NCBI GenBank assembly: GCA_963711835.1
Contig: CAVQFQ010000004.1
Span: forward strand, 256,001 to 320,000
Length of the DNA stretch: 64,000 nt
Source of the DNA: an uncultured delta proteobacterium
GTDB taxonomy: Bacteria > Desulfobacterota > RBG-13-43-22
Direction: 5' to 3'
A model generated the notes under the pieces. The model did no database searches. It was not told the origin of the DNA and saw only the letters and a program-made list of their open reading frames with translations. Positions 58,592-64,000 of this stretch are shown here, piece by piece. Position numbers and translations under genes: made by a program. The first letter of the stretch is position 1. Each line of letters starts with the position of its first letter.

Positions 58592-59518
58592 ATGAATATC
58601 GCCGTAGTCGGGATCGGCGGGGTGGGAGGCTATTTCGGAGCTAAACTGGCCGGACGCTATAGCGGTGGAACGGAGGCCAAGGTCACCTTTATCGCCCGAG
58701 GAGCGCATTTAGAGGAAATCAGGAAAAGCGGTCTTCAACTGATTACCCCGGAAGGGACTTATGCGATCAGGCCGGATTGGGCGACCGACGACCCGGCCGG
58801 CAACGGCCCCTTCGATCTGGTTTTTTTCTGCGTCAAATCCTATGACCTGGAAGAGAGCGCCGGGTTGATGAAAAACCATCTCAGCCCGGGCGCTGTGATC
58901 ATCAGCCTCTTAAACGGGGTGGACAACGCCGAACGGTTGCGCTTTTTTTTACCGGAGGTCCAGGTCCTCAACGGCTGCGTCTATCTCAGTACCCATATCA
59001 TCCGTCCCGGCGTTGTCCGCCAGAGCGGCGGGCTGGCCCGGTTGTTTTTCGGTCCGGAGGGGGAAGCGCAGGACCGTTACCAAATAATCGAGAAAGTGCT
59101 AAGAGAAGCGGGTATCCAGGCCGAGTACCGGAAGGACATCGCCAGGGTGGTCTGGGAGAAATACCTATTCATCGAGCCCCTGGCCAGCGCCACCACCTAT
59201 CTGGATAAAACCTTTGGCCAGCTCCTGGAAAGTAGTGAGGGCCGTCAACTCCTGGAGGGCCTGCTCGAAGAGGTGGAACTGGTAGCCCGGGAAAAAGGCA
59301 TTCCCCTGCCCCGGGATATCCATCAAACCACCCTGGAGAAAATAGCCTCCTTCCCGGCCGATACCAAGTCCTCCATGCAGCTCGATTTCGAAAAAGGCAA
59401 GCACACGGAAATCGAAACCTTCACCGGCTATATCGTCCGTTTCGGCCGCAGTCAGGGTCTGTCCACCCCTCTCCATGAAAGGATCTACAAGGCCTTAGCC
59501 AGGACCCCTTCCTATTAA
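58592..59518 (+). CDS. panE: 2-dehydropantoate 2-reductase
   Basis: MNIAVVGIGGVGGYFG, CVKSYD, LLNGVD, WEK, SSMQLD...TEIE; own AGGAG RBS. Confidence 0.85.
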   Translation: MNIAVVGIGGVGGYFGAKLAGRYSGGTEAKVTFIARGAHLEEIRKSGLQLITPEGTYAIRPDWATDDPAGNGPFDLVFFCVKSYDLEESAGLMKNHLSPGAVIISLLNGVDNAERLRFFLPEVQVLNGCVYLSTHIIRPGVVRQSGGLARLFFGPEGEAQDRYQIIEKVLREAGIQAEYRKDIARVVWEKYLFIEPLASATTYLDKTFGQLLESSEGRQLLEGLLEEVELVAREKGIPLPRDIHQTTLEKIASFPADTKSSMQLDFEKGKHTEIETFTGYIVRFGRSQGLSTPLHERIYKALARTPSY

Positions 59519-59568
59519 AAAAAGTTAGACCTGATTTGGATTAGATATCCGGAGTAAGAGGCACTTAC

Positions 59569-60357
59569 ATGAACATAGAGAAAAAATACTGCCAGGAGAT
59601 TTTGCAGCCCTTTGATTACAAGGAAAAAACCGCCTTGGTCACGGGCAGCGCCCAGGGGTTGGGCCGGGAGATCGCCCTGGCCCTGGCCCGCCAGGGGGCT
59701 TCGCTCGTTCTGGCCGACATTATCCCCCCTGAAGAGACGGCTGGCGAGATAATCCGGGCCGGTTCCCAGGCCATCGCCGTGCAGACCGATATATCCGAGG
59801 AAACCGCGGTCATGGATTTGGTAAAGGAGGCGCTGACCCGCTACCGACAGTTGGATCTACTGGTTAATAATGCCGGTATTTCCCAGTTGGACTTCAACCC
59901 CACCGAAGACACGCCGATGGAGGAATGGGACCGGGTATTAGGGGTGAATTTGCGGGGGACTTTTTTGTGCTGCAAACACGTGGGCAAGCACATGATTGAA
60001 AAGGGCGGCGGCAACATCATCAACATCGCCTCCACCGCCGGCTTCAACGGGATTCCCCGGGCCTCCGCCTATTGCGCTTCCAAAGCGGGGGTTATTTCCT
60101 TGACCAAAAGCCTGGCCGTGGAGTGGGCCAGGTACAATATCAGGGTTAATGCCGTGGCCCCCCATTATTTAGAAACGGAATTGACCAGGGGGTTGAGAGA
60201 TTCCGCCAAAGTCTATGAAAGCATTATCAGGCAGATACCCCTGCAGCGCTTTGCCAGACCGGAGGAAGTTGTCGGCAGTATTCTCTTTTTAGGTTCTCCG
60301 GCCTCCAGTTACATTACGGGATCGGTTTTAGCCGTGGACGGGGGGTTTTTGGCTTAG
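59569..60357 (+). CDS. SDR oxidoreductase
   Basis: TGSAQGLG, NNAGI, YCASK, VDGG. Confidence 0.88.
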   Translation: MNIEKKYCQEILQPFDYKEKTALVTGSAQGLGREIALALARQGASLVLADIIPPEETAGEIIRAGSQAIAVQTDISEETAVMDLVKEALTRYRQLDLLVNNAGISQLDFNPTEDTPMEEWDRVLGVNLRGTFLCCKHVGKHMIEKGGGNIINIASTAGFNGIPRASAYCASKAGVISLTKSLAVEWARYNIRVNAVAPHYLETELTRGLRDSAKVYESIIRQIPLQRFARPEEVVGSILFLGSPASSYITGSVLAVDGGFLA

Positions 60358-60457
60358 CCATCGCCCCCCTGCCCTTCTCGCACTTGTCCAAAACAGATTT
60401 TGCAGCCTAGACTTTTGTACTGTGCCATTCCCTCTCCACTCAGCCTTTGTGCTGGAC

Positions 60458-61000
60458 TCAGGACCTCCAGGAGGCCAGTCCGGCCAGCAACCCCTTAACG
60501 CGGTTGTCGATGTCCAAGAGATCATGCTCGTCGGGGCGGCCTCGGATATCGCCCAGCCTGCCATAAATGTTCGGCTCTTCCTGTTTGTGGAATTCGCCTA
60601 CAATGTGCCACTCGCCCATGATCCGGCAACCCAGGTGCCCGGTAAAGGCGCTGAACCATTTGGTCAGGGGGACGGCCTCGTCCTCGCCGATGTGTGTGCC
60701 GGAGAAGGTGCAGAAACTGACGGCGAATTTTCCTGGACGAAGAGGTGCGGACGGTTGGATGTCTTTGTGATACGACCGGAGCTTTTTCATGACAAAGTCC
60801 CGCATGGAGTTGGTAGGTCCCCAGGCGATTACGGGGGAGCCCAGGAATAGAAGGTCGTAGGCGTACAGATCGAGGTCCGTATCCTCTTTTATCTTGATCA
60901 AATCGCTTTCCACACCGTTTTCGACCAGTGTGTCGTGGATCCGTTTCGCCACTTTTTCGGTATTTCCGCCCAGTGAATCGTATAAGACCAGCGCTTTCAT
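60458..61000 (-). CDS. Flavodoxin-domain protein
   Basis: MKALVLYDSLGGNTEKVA, LGSPV; AGGAGG RBS. Confidence 0.8.
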   Translation of the reverse strand: MKALVLYDSLGGNTEKVAKRIHDTLVENGVESDLIKIKEDTDLDLYAYDLLFLGSPVIAWGPTNSMRDFVMKKLRSYHKDIQPSAPLRPGKFAVSFCTFSGTHIGEDEAVPLTKWFSAFTGHLGCRIMGEWHIVGEFHKQEEPNIYGRLGDIRGRPDEHDLLDIDNRVKGLLAGLASWRS

Positions 61001-61065
61001 ATCGTGCCTCCTTGAATCGGGATAATAACGGAACAACCGAGTGCTACTTATAGCTGCGGTTTACC

Positions 61066-61455
61066 TCAGACAGTCAGACTGGCTTCCCGCTCCTCCAGCA
61101 GCTCCCTGAGAACCGAGCGATGGCATCGGTTTTCATTTTCACAGTAGCAGCCGAGGGACATATTGGTCTGGTGCGAAAGGGCGGCCAACAGATCCAGGAC
61201 CCGGCTTGCCTCCGGTTTTTTCATTTCCTCCAGGAACTTGCGCTTAAAAGCAGCCCAAGACCGGTCATCTCCTGCAATTCTTCCTTCTTTCAGCAGGTTC
61301 TCGCTGGGGGAGAGGTTCGGAAGCCAGACATCATAAAAGTCCCTTTTGGCAAATTCCGATTTTGGAACCCCGCGAGGAGGCCGGCGGACCGTACCCAGGC
61401 GAAGGCCTTCTCCTTTTTCCCGCGGTGAACCCAGTCTGACAATGCGAATGGCCAA
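61066..61455 (-). CDS. DUF488-family protein
   Basis: TVRRPPRGV, WLPNLSPS, C.CE....CHRS.L. Confidence 0.8.
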   Translation of the reverse strand: MAIRIVRLGSPREKGEGLRLGTVRRPPRGVPKSEFAKRDFYDVWLPNLSPSENLLKEGRIAGDDRSWAAFKRKFLEEMKKPEASRVLDLLAALSHQTNMSLGCYCENENRCHRSVLRELLEEREASLTV

Positions 61456-61665
61456 TGTTGACTCCTTTCATCCTTCTCATTTCCCGCCCTCTTATCCTTT
61501 GACAGCTTGATAAGACCTTTGCTTTTGCATAGAGAGAGTATAAAATACAAAAAATTTGGGGGTCAAGGGAGGAAAAATAAGGGCTAAGCGGGTTAAGAAT
61601 GACCGGGCAGGCGTTTCCTGGGAAAAAATCAAAAGGGACATCTGAAAAATTTTTTTCAGCAGCGT

Positions 61666-62019
61666 GTGCTGGAGATTGTGCGGGCCATTCCACCCGGGTC
61701 CGTTCTGACCTATGGACAGGTGGCTGCCCTGGCCGATACACCGCGGGCCGCGCGGCAGGTAGGACGTATCCTCTACTTTTGCGGGCAAAGTGTGCCTTGG
61801 CAGAGGGTGATCAATTATTACGGCGGGCTTTCGACCTACAAAGTCGGCAGCGGGGAACTGCAACGGGTTTTATTGGAGGAAGAAGGCATTTCCTTCAGGG
61901 CGGACGGGACGATTGATCTGAACCGATATCAATGGCGGCCGGGCATAAGGATAATTAAAAAACTGAGGCTGCCGGAGGAGATCGCTTTCCAAATTAACCC
62001 GAAGTCGCCTAAAAATTGA
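61666..62019 (+). CDS. Alkyltransferase-like (ATL) MGMT-family protein
   Basis: IPPG.V.TYGQVA, ARQVG, PWQRV (Trp replaces the catalytic Cys), LL.EEG; start uncertain. Confidence 0.8.
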   Translation: MLEIVRAIPPGSVLTYGQVAALADTPRAARQVGRILYFCGQSVPWQRVINYYGGLSTYKVGSGELQRVLLEEEGISFRADGTIDLNRYQWRPGIRIIKKLRLPEEIAFQINPKSPKN

Positions 62020-62241
62020 TCGATTAAAGTTTTTTTATCATTAAAATGGAATGGGGACGCTTTAAGGTTTTTAACTTTCGCAATAGGATCATGAGATACC
62101 CTGGGGCGTCGAACGCCAGCAACCTGAAAACCTAACAGCGTCACTATATATACCTACACTTGAGGATTCTACCAATCACAAACAGAAAACAGGATAACGA
62201 ATTGTCAGATGAATTCACTGAACCAGATTGGGATAAACTGA

Positions 62242-64000
62242 ATGCCCATTTTCGCCGAACATCTCCGATGGGCGAATCTGTCTGTAACCATCGAAGAGAT
62301 TACAAAAGAAAACAAGTCGCTTATCCACGATCTTTCTAGATATGATCCAACCGTTGCCGTTCCCCTCCTGGCAAGTCTCTTAACACTCCCGAACTCCAGT
62401 CGCATTGTATTCGGCTTGAAATTCTCGTTGCTTTAGCCGTGGCGCACTGCCGCGGTCGGAAGAAGGCGAATATCGGCCAAGCCGTTCGCTGGTTCTTCCA
62501 GATCGGCAAATCGAAATGCGTGGCGGGTGAAGATCCGGCTGAAGATGTCTTTGTCTCCTTAGTGCAGGATAGGAACGGAGACTACCGGCTTCTCGAAGGT
62601 GTCTGGGAGGCCGCAGGCTTCTATACTCAGCGTGTTCTCGACGTAATTGCGACGATGCCCGACACCGGACAATTCGGGCAAATCAAGAAGAGCGTCCGCG
62701 CGCTGCTCGTAATCTCCGACATGGTCTGCGAGAAAGCCGGGCTGCACCGCTATCAGCTTGGCTCTGATGAACACTATTCGGCGTTATCACCGCGGATACT
62801 CCCGGGGCGCGACGCCCTAATATCTCGTGTGACGATCACCTTTGCTGAGCTCAATGAACGTGGCATCACACCCGACGATATTGAGCCATTCCTCTTGCAT
62901 CCGCAGATGCGAGAGGATTTACCTGCACAGCAGATTGGCCTCAGCTATTTGGATCGCTGTCCGCTGATCGTGTATGGCGCGAAGCGTCTAACAGTCGCGC
63001 TCCCCTCAGCACTATCCGTTGCCGTGCGGGACTATGCGATCGCAAGCTATCATCAAAGGCGGATTGGCTGAAACTTTCGATGACGTGCTTGCTCAAAATT
63101 ATTCGAAACTATTCTTCGACACGCCCTTGCTTGGCGGTCCAATACGAGCGCCGGTCCATTGGAAGAAGTCAGGTGCGCACCGATGGTCGAATTTCTACCT
63201 CAAGGTTGATGAGGGTTACTTCATCTCGTTCCACCTCTTTTTACCGTCGGTGCAGACGCATCCCGATGGTGGTTTTAAGGGCGTTTATCGACGATGAAGG
63301 CGCCCTGACCGAAGCGCTGCAAGCCTCGATCAATGAGGTTCTAAAGCATTTCGAAGGGCAGGACGATTTCAAAGAGGGGCTCGTCGTTCTCGTTGGCTGC
63401 GGCTGGGGTAAAGGCTATGTGACCCAAGTTATCGAGTCAGATCACCCGCATTGGCGTTTCGAAAGCATGTCCGCGGCTGACCTCGTGCGACTCAGTTGGC
63501 TTGGCGACATGAATCCCGGTTACTTCTGGCGCATTCAAGACGGGCTGGAGGCTGTCAGGAAGGCTGGGGTCCAGATCTTCAATCCCAATGGGATCTTGAA
63601 CCTGATCGGATGGGTACGCAGTAACAACGGCCACTTCGTGCCACATTCACAGCTACCGCAAGGCGAGATTTCGCCAGAGCGGCCCTTGATGCTCAACCCG
63701 CCCCTCAACCTTCTGCGGGAAGTGCGCGCTGACGCCGATCGTGGTTACGACCGCCACTGCGCGGTTGATAACACCGGAACTTGGCACGAAGTCCAGCATG
63801 TCTCGCCGAACCCGTTCTTCAGCAGCGAAAGCGCGCGACGCGTCTATGCCTCCATGGACGACGTTCGACGGCGGGACGCTTACGTCCGTGTACGAAGGCG
63901 CGACTCAAACTTTGGATGTCCGTTGCCACGCCCAACATTTCCGAAAGAGAAGTCGAGTACCGGCTTTGGGAAATGGCGAATGAATGGCTGCATCGCATCG
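62242..64000 (+). CDS. Large hypothetical protein, several frameshifts, runs off the window
   Basis: ORFs 62242-62436, 62439-63071, 63019-63297 and onward join into one protein-like sequence through single-base shifts. Confidence 0.55.

Noticed and set aside
58223-59518. DsbA-PanE fusion protein (431-aa ORF)
   Set aside because: panE has its own RBS and ATG at 58592, and one fewer A in the A7 run at 58567-58573 gives a normal ATGA stop/start overlap; probably an artefact.
1382-61916. Many long antisense or alternate-frame ORFs in the track
   Set aside because: Shadow ORFs of GC-rich genes with no recognisable motifs.

Overview
Bacterial chromosomal segment. Gene content and style suggest an anaerobic Desulfobacterota (deltaproteobacterium) that degrades aromatics (inference). 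Main blocks in order: (1) a Liv-type ABC transporter and acyl-CoA ligase operon, interrupted by a GxxExxY nuclease-family gene inside a 26-bp inverted repeat; (2) a decayed MazF/PemK toxin beside a truncated MalT-type regulator; (3) two histidine kinases and three paralogous receiver domains; (4) rpsU, an RluA-family synthase and nagZ; (5) a cobalamin salvage and uptake operon (cobU-cobS-cobC, btuB-F-C-D, tonB) with two B12 riboswitches; (6) an L,D-transpeptidase with an alanine-zipper lipoprotein, mnmG, an OYE-family reductase, ihfA and rlpA; (7) a PAS kinase and sigma54 activator upstream of a ~16-kb catabolic operon carrying a split PEP-synthase-like (phenylphosphate-synthase-like) pair, amidohydrolase, HAD, OYE, DhbE-like ligase, SDR, acyl-CoA dehydrogenase, ABC transporter and PaaY-like protein; (8) the benzoyl-CoA pathway genes had and oah; (9) RAYT transposase remnants and an attC cassette cluster with no integrase in view; (10) a probable selenocysteine DsbA/FrnE, panE, small genes and a large unknown gene running off the end. 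The most unusual non-coding signal is a ~200-280 nt rod-like hairpin core present six times. Its stems covary and it sits in three unrelated inverted-repeat shells, one of which is a MITE with 8-bp target duplications. Many single-base frameshifts suggest unpolished long-read sequence. No tRNA, rRNA or CRISPR array was seen.
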